From Marsupella aquatica (taxonomy: Eukaryota; Plantae; Marchantiophyta), in NCBI GenBank assembly GCA_973895155.1, contig OZ316897.1, forward strand, positions 15,499,375 through 15,563,374: 64,000 nt of DNA. The letters run 5' to 3'. Below the pieces are notes generated by a model. It did no database searches and was not told the DNA's origin. It was given only the letters and a program-made list of their open reading frames with translations. Shown here piece by piece: positions 37,960 through 48,872 of the stretch (its first letter is position 1; each line of letters opens with the position of its first letter). The translations under genes were made by a program, and so were the position numbers.

Positions 37960-39803
37960 CAGAGTCTCAAATTGTTTTTCAAAATCCCGTGCTTGGAGGA
38001 ACCTTAGCTTGTCGAGAGAGTTTGGAACTATTTCTCAACTCAGTTCAGGTTCATCTTGAATTCTACTTGAAGCTCAAGAGAATAAGATCAAGGAGAAAAA
38101 AAATTAAATCAAATGATTGAGCAAAGCTTCAGAATGAAGTCGCCGAAGTCGCGCGCGCCTATTTTCTGTGACAAGTTGGAAAATTCGATTTTCCCTAACT
38201 TTCTTAATTTTAGACGAAAATCAGAGTATATATAATCAAAAGATGCGGAATTCCAAGGCCTTTCCAATGGATCATCAATATTTTTGATTCATTAAGTCAT
38301 TGAGGAGTAATCAGTGAAATTGATTATTAGAAAACAACTCCAATGATAAACAAAAAAATTCTACAATGAGATGCAAAAGTCAATTTGCCTAACTTTCTGG
38401 GTTTTGCACAGAAATTAGAATATATAGAGTCAAAAGATGCAGACTGAATAACAAGACAGTACTTTCCTATCCACCATTAATTACTTTGGTCCATCCAGTG
38501 CTTGATTAATAACATGAATTCAAAGATCAGAAATTATTAGGAAATGACAATTACAAATCCATGACTGAGGAAAAAAACATCGACAACAGAGCTCTGAGCA
38601 AAAGGCTGTAAACATCGTACCTCAATGTAATCAATCCTTGTTCACAATTATTCTAGAAAACGTTGTAGTTTATATAGCAAGGCAAACTGAGACATTGTCA
38701 TCAATTCCTGGTCAACAAAACCTGGTCAATATTTTCGTACACAACCACTAGTCAACAACCACTCCCTAAACTTCTCCAACCACAACCATTAGTCAACAAT
38801 TCCTGGTCCATAAAACCTGGTCAACAATTCCCTGTATTTGTCTCACTAATAAATTCTTCCAATTACCAGCAATGTCTACGCATGTAGACTTACCCTCTAA
38901 CCAAGATAATAAGTTAAGAACAAAATCTCTATGAAGAATACAAAATCTGATACACTTATCAGATTTTGGATTCTTCAAGCAAGTATATCCAAAATCTAAT
39001 TCTCAAGCCCAATACCCTCGTTTCTCACTCAAACTAATACCTCTTTCAACCCTTTAGGAATCCAAAATGTGATACAGCGTATCACATTTGGGTTTTGCTT
39101 TCAAGAGTACTCTATCACTTTTGAATGGTAAAGTAACATTAAGAATCTGAAATGTGATACGAAGAATCAGATTTGGGTTTGAAGTAAAGGAAAAGGAGGA
39201 TAAGTGAGGATAACTACTAGCAGTTTAGTCGGTGGCCTTGTTGAATCCGGGTTTGTATGGACAATTGCTTTCAACATTGAGGAAGGAGTAACATGGGTTA
39301 GAGGACACAAAACAAAATTATGAAGCTAATTATTTTTTGTGGTCCTTTATTTATACTTTTCAGATTGAGCCTAGTTTAGTTTGTACTGTGGTCGAGTTAA
39401 GTTTTACCATAGTACAATTATTAATGGGTTAACTTGACCACAGTTGGTATCTTTTTGGAATATTCTCTATTGATAAAGAATCACATCGAATTTACTTGTT
39501 AAGGAATGTGAAATGTGATGCCCCGTATCATATTTCGTATTGCCTCCATAAAACTTGGTGATACAAAATGTCATTTTACCTTGTTTCGTAAGGTTCACTA
39601 GTCAAAGTTTGAGATGTTTTGATTTTGCGCTTGAAAATGTTTGATTTTGTAGGAAATCTTGGTTTGTATCACGTCGCGTTTTACACTTAGAAAAAATTTG
39701 GGGTGGCCCAAACGAGAAGCCTGTCACACTTCTCGTTTGGTCCGTCAACGTGTTGCTATCTTCGTGCATTGGAGGGCACACCAGCTCTCCATTCACAAGT
39801 GTT

Positions 39804-40006
39804 CCCTGGGCCCTCACTCCATGTAAAAGAAGTGGACCCCCCTGCGATCGGGCCCTTTTCATGTTTACCCCTTGTTATTTCCATTTTACCATTAAAAGTT
39901 CCCTTATTACCGGTAATAATTATAATTATTAGTTCAAAATGAATAAAAACTACCCTTCGAGCGTTTGCATGTCCTCCATGTATTAGTTAAGACTAAGGGC
40001 CTAGGG
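39804..40006. mobile_element. MITE, CCCTGGGCCC-TIR family (203 bp)
   Basis: ccctgggccctc...aagggcctaggg, 8-bp TSD CAAGTGTT, in Gypsy gag. Confidence 0.92.
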
Positions 40007-40118
40007 CAAGTGTTGCAGCAAGTATTCTCAAAGTTTGGAGATAGCTACACTGCTCAATGTTTATGAAACTATTGATAAACTTGAGTTGGCCCATGCACAT
40101 TATGAGGCCAGTATTGCG

Positions 40119-40783
40119 CCCTGGGCCCCCAGCATTATTAATAATGGGCTGGACGTGCGAACGGATGAAGGGTGCAAAAATTCTGATTTGAGATTAATTT
40201 TTATAATTGGGTTAGAAATATCAAGGGATGGTTTTATTCAAAGAACCCTTTCTAACTAATATAGGCTTATATAAATGTCACTCAAGTTAATATGCTTCAA
40301 GAGGTGATGTAATATGGATGTGACACGCGTCACAATAGGATTGGTCCTTGTGGCCACCCTTTATTGGAACATGTGTATATGACATATAATTATGCTTGCA
40401 ACATCTATGATTCAGAGTAGTTTAGGACTTTGGAGCTTTTGAACCTTGACTACCCTGCCCTGTGGTTCAAAAATGCCCCAAAGTTGAAGTTTGGGGTTAA
40501 AGGGTCACGGACACAAAAATGTATGTACCCAAAACCCTTCCAAAACACTCCCATCAGTTTTAGAACCGTTTGCACATGATGAATTTATAACTTTTCAAGG
40601 CTTTCATAAATGGTTTAAAATGTGAAATTATAATATCTCAAAGCGGCAGATTTATTCTCCAAAATTAGGTTTTTAAGAATAACAAGAGAAATTTTTATAG
40701 GCTTCCAAAAATAATAAGGGGTACTAGGGAGGGGGGTGTACGCACATATACCTCTTTAGTTTACAAAGGCTGGGGGCCCAGGG
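40119..40783. mobile_element. Non-autonomous TIR element (665 bp), CCCTGGGCCC family
   Basis: 15-bp TIR ccctgggcccccagc / gctgggggcccaggg; TSD GTATTGCG, right copy with a 3-bp insert. Confidence 0.88.
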
Positions 40784-40794
40784 GTATAATTGCG

Positions 40795-42457
40795 CGTCCA
40801 CCGCGATCCAGGTACCAGGCTGTTGCCCCTACACTAGCCATCCCTTCCCTGTGCCACAGTATGGTTCCAAGACCAAGCCAGCCCATGCTGCTTTCATGCT
40901 GCCCTCTTGCAACTACTGTGGTAATCCCAATCACAAGACTAATGAATGTGATATTGTTGCTGAGGACCTGTCTTGTGATTTTTGCGGGAAAGTGGGTCAC
41001 TTGGAGGCAGTTCATTTTGCCAAATTCCCAGAGAGGAAGCAGCTATGACAACAGGCCACTCATCCTGCTCTTGGTTCCACTCCCGCCCAGCTAGGAGGGC
41101 TCCTACTACATCAGCTGCTCCTCCTTCCAGTGGCAAAGCACCTGGTGCCAACAAATAGTCCAAGCAGCAACAGAAGCAACTAGCTCAAAAGGAGGCTCAC
41201 AACGCACAGGCAACTCAACTCTAGTCTCTGACTCATGAGGTTGAGTCCCTACGTGCCCAACTTGCCAACATCAAAGGCAAGTCATCTACCTCTGCTGGTC
41301 CTTCTCAACGGGCTGGTCACGTGCAACCCATCCCTGACCCAGGCACCACTGATAGTTCAGCACCTCTACCCTGCTCTTTCTATGGCTTGCCCTTTGATGC
41401 TCATATGGGTGAGTGTGTGCTGTCCACTACTACACAGTCTGGCCTTACAGCAAAAATTTTCGATTCATTCTGCCCATCCTATTTTGCTTACCAGCAGGCC
41501 AGTGCTACTTCCTGTTCTGCTCCCACACGCCGCATTGTACAGGCTGCTGGTCCTATGACTAGAGCCAAGGGAGCTCAGGCTGTCATGCCCCAATCTTTTC
41601 AGCCATTCACACTTGCTAAAGAACGCACCTTGTTGGGGAGGGAGCTGCAGCTACATCCATTCCACCACCAGGTGCTGCTGATATTTCACATGGAGTTTTT
41701 TCTCCTGAGCTGCTTGAGCATTTCACCTCCGGTATGGCACAAAGGATTCTTACAACTCCACTTTTTAGTTGCCATGATTTACAGCTGGATGCTAGAGCTG
41801 TCATTAGAGCGCTAGAGGGCTCACTGCATTCTTCATCAACCCCTGTGACACCAGTTTTGGAGGTCCAATATCATGTACATACTGGACCTTTTTCTTCTCC
41901 ATTATATGCTTCCACTGGTTTGGCTATCCCAGTACCAATTTCCAATGGTAGAGATGACAGTATTGCTGCAGATTGTGTGACCAGAGCTACAATTGATTCT
42001 GGTCATGCTGCTCCATCTTTCCTGGCTATGCTGTAGAGTGGGAAGACCGTGGACACTAACTCCCTTCACAAGGTACCTCATCATTTGCCAAAAGTGGTGC
42101 CTAGTGATAGGACTTTAGTTTCCACCACCATTGCCATTGTTGACAACAGGAATTCAGCAGTCAAGTTGGAGGGTCACACTCCTTAGGTGGTCATGCTAGA
42201 CACAGACACTCAACCAGTGATCTTGGGCATTCAGTTTGCCAAGAAGATGGGACTCCTAACTGATAATTTACAGCAATCCAGGTGGCACATTCGGACTGCT
42301 AGTGGCACTGTGGAGGATGTGCTAGGTGAGAGTTCTACTTTACTCACTCTCACTTTTAATGGAGGTACAGATCAGGAACTGCGTTTCCCAGTCAGATGTT
42401 TGGTTACCAATGCCACTACGTATGATGTGCTCATTGGCCAGGAGGCTTTGTTCCCAC
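40795..42457 (+). pseudogene. Gypsy gag C-terminus (Zn knuckles) and aspartic protease, disrupted
   Basis: CNYCGNPNHKTNEC, CDFCGKVGH; VMLDTDTQPVILG...YDVLIG. Confidence 0.8.
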
Positions 42458-43411
42458 TGTTAGGAATTGACTCGAGTTCCCGACTTAGTTTACTTAGTTT
42501 GGCCTTACTAGGGTTAGTTAACCCTGGATTACATTAGGATAAGATCCGCTTTGTTAGGCCTACTCATCTTGGCCCCCTTGGGGGGTATAGGCTGGAGGGA
42601 GAGAACTCTCTCCCTCATTCTTCACATGTACTCTCATTTGCTATGGAGCCTTCAGGAGTTTCTCACTAGTACATTTTAGGCACTTTTCCAATACTAAAAA
42701 CACGCGTTTCTCAACGCGCCCGATACTAAACACAACGGAAAAGTTCCGATACTCTCAGCTACAGAACTTCCGATACTACCAAAATCGGACATTACTATCC
42801 GATAGTTTTTGTATCGAAAACCTTATCCAATCCCCATTATATCGGACAATGTCCGAAACATCCTGTATCGCAAATTGAGAGCCGACATGTTTTTCAGATG
42901 TCCGATAAGAATAGTATCGAAAGCTAATTCCGATAGGTTTGGTTTCGGACATTTACCGATACAAGTGTTATCGGACATATTTTTGCGATACTAGTTACAA
43001 CGGAAATCATTTGCGAAGGCTGAGGTATCGGTTATTATCCGTTGAAATTTCTATCGGACCCCTCCTCGGCCTCGGGCTTAAGTGTTCGATCTGTGGAGTA
43101 TCGGATAGTGGCTTCCGATTGTTATAGTATCGGAAAATCCGATACTTTGAGGATGGGAAGGGGTTTTTGGCTTTGGCAGTACTGATGTGTGTCCGATATG
43201 TTTCCGATGGTATTTGAATGGGACATATGGGACTTTAGTGTTTTACAATGTATAGGTTGCATGGAATTAATGGATTCAGATATGGGGCATACTTTAAGCA
43301 ATAGATATGTATATTGCATGAAATTGTGGACAATGAGAAAAATCGTAGAATGCCGATAAAAAGATAGTGCCGGTAAAAATATACATGAAGATGGTGGGTC
43401 TACAATTTATA

Positions 43412-45800
43412 CTAACTCGTGGGGGGTATGTCTCTATCTTCCACTACAACTACGTTGGGTCTCTCTTGGACTATGGACCGTGATCTGGGAATATACGGCA
43501 TGACAATGGACCACTCGGGGTCATTGGGATAGGGTAGGTAAAAGCATTGCTCAAGGTGATGTGGGAAGGCAAAGGGATCTGAGGACCTCCAGTTGGAACT
43601 GATGACACTATTTGCGGATGTCTTCAAACGAGTAAAACCGCATGCATCATCTTCACAAGTACGATTGTGGCCTACAAGATTCATCTTGAACCATTTGCAC
43701 TTGAATACCACTTCCTCCAAAGTAGTATGTGCATGGTACTTCACTGTTAGGATCTCCTCAATCTTCCCATAATGGGCCACGGTGGAGCGAATGGGATTCA
43801 TGTCTGACATGCTACTCTGGGAATCTTGGGTGAACCAACCCATCACCCCACAATCCTGTGTAGCTGCCCTCTTCTCATCAAGTCGTTCCACACGAAAATG
43901 TCTCCCCTTTGACCACATGGCAGTCCGAGTCGTGACTATAAGTAGTGGACCATGAACCAAGGTACGAAGTTTATCTGTCACGTTTGGGTAGTGTAATACA
44001 CTCTCCCCGGTACCCACCAGGGCATCCACTTCTAACAACTTCTCCTTCATGTATGGGTGAAACTTGGGAAATAACCGTGGGCGTCGACTGTTTTGCTTCT
44101 CCTCCTCATAAAATATTGTCCACTCCCCGACAACCTCGGGTGAGTTATACAACATAAATGTTGTGAGCTGTAAATGCTCTGCTAAGCCTATGAGACGCTC
44201 TCCAGATGCCCCAGTGAGTCTATCATCCTCGTAGTCAGCCTCTCGTGCTGCCTCATCTATCCATCCCCTAGGAGCACTAGGATCTAGTGTGGCAACTATG
44301 TTTGTACAGTAAAACATACTCTCTGCTCCAGGATGACGCTCCGCAATGCTACCTTCCACCCTAGCGCGATTAAAGACATATGACTTCATCACCCCCATAT
44401 AACGCTCTACCCAATACATCCATCGACAATGTACTAGGCCTGCAATTGCAACCTCGTGCACTAAATGTATGAGGAAATGAACCTGACCATCAAAGAATGA
44501 GGGAGGGAGTGCCTTCTCCAACTTGCAGACAACCTCTACTCCAAATATCTCCATAGCAGCAATGTCATCGGACTCCTGTACCTCCTTTTGACATACCCAT
44601 CTTAAGAGCTTACCCAATGACCAAAGGGCATCACGAAGTTCCTCACTACCCAATCCAATAATAGCAACTGGAAGAACATGTTCAAGCAACCGATGATAAT
44701 CATGTGTCTTCAAGAAAGATGGCCATTTTGGAGAATCCTCCCCCCCAAATGCCTTCCGAAGATTGGTACCATAACCTGTGGGAAACCTCATCAACCCAAT
44801 ACGTCTGCAAAACTCAATGCGCTCTGCCCTTGTCAAAACCCAAGGAGGATGGATGCTAGGGGGAGCACCAGGGGGGTCCAAAGATGGCCAAAAACCCAAA
44901 AGACCATGCATCCCCATCTCCTCACAACTTTCTCTCCAATTGTTATTTTTCTCCCCATATAGATGGCGAATCAATGATTTCCCCACATTCCCCTCAATGT
45001 GCATAGGGTCTAATAAGTGATTAATGGGCATATCTGACCAATATGGCAATTGTGACAATGCAGACAAACTCTGCACATCGGAATTGTGACAATGCCAACT
45101 CTGCACATCGGAATTGATGTCGCAATCGAGGGATAAGAGGAAAGTACCTCATAACCTTTTGCGGTACCTTCCCCGTCAACATGTCATCACGGTACCGTGG
45201 CTTCTGACATTTAGGACATGTAGTGGTATTTTCATGCTCACCCCTAAAAAGAATGCAATCATCCACACATGCATGTATCACCTCATACTTCAGGCCAATG
45301 GACCTCAACACCTGTTTAGCCTCTTTCCAAGAGGTTGGCAATGCATTGCCTACTGGCAAAATACGATCATGCAAGGTACGGAAAACATCATCCAAAAGTA
45401 GATTGCTTGCCCCATGTCTTTGCTGCAAGTTGAGCAACAACATTATTGATGAGAGCCAAGATAACCTACTCCCCTCGAATATGCGAGTACGGGCATGACG
45501 TTGCGCCTCCTCCCATTGCTTGTCTTGGGACCCCCTAGAAGGATGTGGATGACTAGTCCTTTCATGGGTTGAACCAATGTCCTCCAAACCAATGTCATCG
45601 TGATCATCATAGAATTGGTCCATGAGCTCATCCATGGCCCTCTCCTCATCAAGATGGTCTTGGATAGGATCATCACCATCATGTCGTACCCCATCCTCTT
45701 GCCTTTGTGGTTCATGCCCACGGTTGGCCACCATGGCCTCAACAAGGTGTTGTCGCATAGCTCGTGATATTACCCCAATATCAGGAGTTACATATTGATT
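43412..45800 (-). pseudogene. CACTA TNP2/TnpD transposase with central deletion
   Basis: IHACVDDCILF, MRYFPLIPRL then jumps to LPYW..HLLDPMHIEGNV, LKTHDYH, PPSFFD, RWMYWVERYM, FKCKWF; catalytic middle (SDG..DYP) missing. Confidence 0.9.
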
Positions 45801-45928
45801 CTATCATACAACATCAATTAATTAATCTCATCAACACATGCACTGCTGAACAACATCATTCAATTCTCATGTAAACATGTAAAATAAATTGACATATATA
45901 TATACATGTATGTAAGTCCAAGAAACTA

Positions 45929-46885
45929 TCATGGACGACAACGCAAGGACAATTTTGGTGCATCCCACTCATACTCACACAATAACTCCTCACCAGCTCT
46001 AATGGTCCTAACAGCTACTGTCATGATATGGTCGTCCATATGTTTCACAAAATATGGATGTCTAGGTGGACCAAACATTTGAATCCACTCTACATTAGCC
46101 TCCAAACCTCTATCTCTACCTGTGGTACTATTGATGTACCCTGCTAAATTACCGTTCCAAATAGGGTCACCATCAATCATCCGGCAATGCCACAGCCTAG
46201 TGAAGACCTCATCCGGGTCTGAGTCCATCCTCAATGCATACACCCCCCAACTTGGGTGTTGACGCAACAAAATATTCCAACTCTTGGAGTTATATACAGC
46301 CCCAATGTAAGGAAAGAGGTGCTCTTCATCATAACCACGTCTCCATGGCTTTGGAGGGACCACAATATCCTCCAAAGCAAAAAGACCATATCCTATATCA
46401 TGACCAATAGAGGATGCCTTCACTATCCAAGGGCGACCCCATATCTGAACTAGTTCATCTGTAGGAATAAAATCTGGAAATTTGAAGAGACTTGAAGAAA
46501 AGTCCTTCAAAACTTCGGCAGCCCTACCAGTGAGATAGGATAGTCCAAACCTGCCCTCAACGCAAATATAATCTACGTTACCGGCTGGTCGATCACTAGT
46601 ACCTAACACCTCCTCTCGTCTGTCTACCTGGTCCAGTGGTCCATACTGCCGTCTACGTCTACCAGATCGTGGTCGTGTATGTAGGACCCTAGTAGTCACA
46701 ACCTCGGGCCGAGAGACCGGTTCCCCCTCTACATGCTCATGTGTGGGCACGGGAGTGGGGATAGGAGCAGGTGGGCTAAGAGGCATCTGGGCAGGAGGAA
46801 CTGCAAGCAACTCCCTGGCCCTTGCTAGAAACCCTTCCAACCACACAACTTCAGGAACCAAAGGAGGTGGGGGCCTACGAGGCAC
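45929..46885 (-). CDS. SET-domain exon inside CACTA-2
   Basis: VKASSI..IGYGLFALEDI, FPYIG, IDGD...GNLAGYINS, VAVRTIRAGEELLCEY; preceded directly by AG acceptor; ORF open. Confidence 0.88.
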   Translation of the reverse strand: MPRRPPPPLVPEVVWLEGFLARARELLAVPPAQMPLSPPAPIPTPVPTHEHVEGEPVSRPEVVTTRVLHTRPRSGRRRRQYGPLDQVDRREEVLGTSDRPAGNVDYICVEGRFGLSYLTGRAAEVLKDFSSSLFKFPDFIPTDELVQIWGRPWIVKASSIGHDIGYGLFALEDIVVPPKPWRRGYDEEHLFPYIGAVYNSKSWNILLRQHPSWGVYALRMDSDPDEVFTRLWHCRMIDGDPIWNGNLAGYINSTTGRDRGLEANVEWIQMFGPPRHPYFVKHMDDHIMTVAVRTIRAGEELLCEYEWDAPKLSLRCRP

Positions 46886-47023
46886 CTATTTCAACACACG
46901 TACAATGGTTTTACACAAATCAATAAATGAAGTAGTGCCAGGATGTAAATGCAAGATAATTAAGCAATACCCTAAATTGGAATGCATATATGGAATGAAT
47001 AGGGGACATAAACATATATATAC

Positions 47024-47284
47024 CTGGCTAGGCAAATACCCTGGCATATCACCCTCGTGGCAGCCATAGTTCTCGATGTGCTCACAAGTCTCCCACGCAT
47101 GTCGAACCACAAGTCCCTTACATCTCACACACCAGCAAGGTATGGGTCCTAGTGGAGCACGAGGACGATCTGGAGGAGGGGGTGGAGGAACCTCTCCCTC
47201 AGACGAGCTTGTGTCTGAGTCTGAATCTGACGTGGAACTATTAGAAGTAGACATCTGCATGCATGAAGTACACTCTGAATTCAT
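47024..47284 (-). CDS. First exon of CACTA-2 transposase/SET gene (CxCxxC...H domain)
   Basis: CWCVRC...TCEHIENYG; CAG|GTAT donor after 87 codons (phase 0). Confidence 0.72.
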
Positions 47285-47573
47285 GTAAGCTGCATAAAAG
47301 AAGACAAGTGTTGGAGTATCAAAATAGAATTAATTAATGCATGAGATACAAAAGTCCTGTTGTACCTCAATGATACCCGCGCTTTGCCAGCCTACTGTGT
47401 CGTATTTTCTACACACAAGGTGTGGGACATCCAAAATCTCTGCATATATGGGTGAGCATTTTGCTAATGAGCATACATAATCTGTAAGTGCGAAAGAGTG
47501 TAGGAAGAACACACCACATATAAAAAAATTCCAACATACAAATTAAGTGTAAATGATGCGGCTCGTGAAGCGG

Positions 47574-48283
47574 GGACATCATACCTCCTGGATGCGCGGT
47601 CTCACACTATGCATAGTGCATTGTCCAAAACAAAACCTATCTACCCCCTCACAAACATTGAACCACCCCTCCAAACGCAAGGTACTGTGCATCAAATCCA
47701 ACACAACCATTAGCCTAGCTAATATATGGAGGTTGAACCTTATCCTAAGAAAAGGTGTAACCTTATCCTAGTAAAACCCCATAACCCTAAGCCCATAAAC
47801 CCCTCCAAAGAAATGATCCAAATAGCTTTCACCAAGAAATGGTTCGTACAAAAACTTCTTGTAGTATTTTGTCTATCATATATCATAGTATTGAGTTCCC
47901 ATCACCACAACCATCCCTAAACTTGCAAGGAACTTGCAAGAGGACATCATACCTCCTGGATGCACGGTTTCATGCATAGTGCATTGTCCAAAATCAAAAC
48001 CTCCATACCCCCTCAAAAAAAGTTAACCACCCCTCCAAAAGCAAGGTACTACACATCAAATCCAAACACAAAGATTAGCCTAATGAAGGGGTTTAATATT
48101 ATCCTAACAAAAGGTATAATGTTATACTAATAAAACCTCTACGTACACCCATAATCCCCTATAAAGAAATGAAACAAAAGGCTTTCACCCGAAAATGGTT
48201 CATACAAAAACTTCTTGTAGTATTTTCTTGATCCTATATTACATATCATAGTATTGAGTTCCCATCACCACAACCACCCCTAA
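47574..48283. repeat. Diverged ~350-bp tandem duplication in the CACTA-2 intergenic region
   Basis: ggacatcatacctcctggatgc...tcccatcaccacaacca at ~47574-47920 and ~47942-48283. Confidence 0.85.
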
Positions 48284-48872
48284 AACACCAAGACTCTATA
48301 CACAATTGCATCATTAATTAGAGCCCAATATATTAAGCATGCAAGACCATAGCTTATCAAAAAAATTACATAGTCTGGTACAAACCCCAAAATTTGTTCT
48401 CCGCAACAAAGAAACTTGCAAGAGGTCCCTCTACATGCATGACACGTTCACTGTCCCGTTCACATATGTAGAGCCCTACAAAACACGGATTCAAATATGA
48501 AAGCAAATAATAACTCCAACCATGTGCCCTTACCCCATATTATATTGGACCCCCTTTGGGAAAGCCAAGAGTATCCGATATAAATTCATGAGGGGTCCAA
48601 TGCAATAGGAAACGGGCCACACTTGGTAAATACATGGCCACAAGAAAAGGACGAGGGGTCCGAAGCAGATAGTTTCGGAAAGTCCGATTTCGTGTCCGAT
48701 ACCTTTGGTTTCGCAAAGTCCGAAATAGAAAGAATCGGAAGCAGCAGGTTTTGTTTCGGAAAAAAGAACCGATGCAGGTGCGAAGACCCGCGCGTCGGGC
48801 CCCGTTTCGCACTTGGTGTTTTTCAAATTTTTTGAAGCTGGATCAAGGAGGAGAGCTTGAAGGAGGAGGAGA

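Larger units (their letters stand above)
19206..39754 (+). mobile_element. Large Sola-like DNA transposon (~12 kb without nested inserts) with cargo genes
   Basis: Perfect 32-bp TIR aacacgttgacggaccaaacgagaagtgtgac (19206-19237 / 39723-39754); 4-bp TSD GCTA; flanks rejoin Gypsy gag in frame; DDD transposase inside. Superfamily call rests on TSD length and motifs. Confidence 0.88.
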
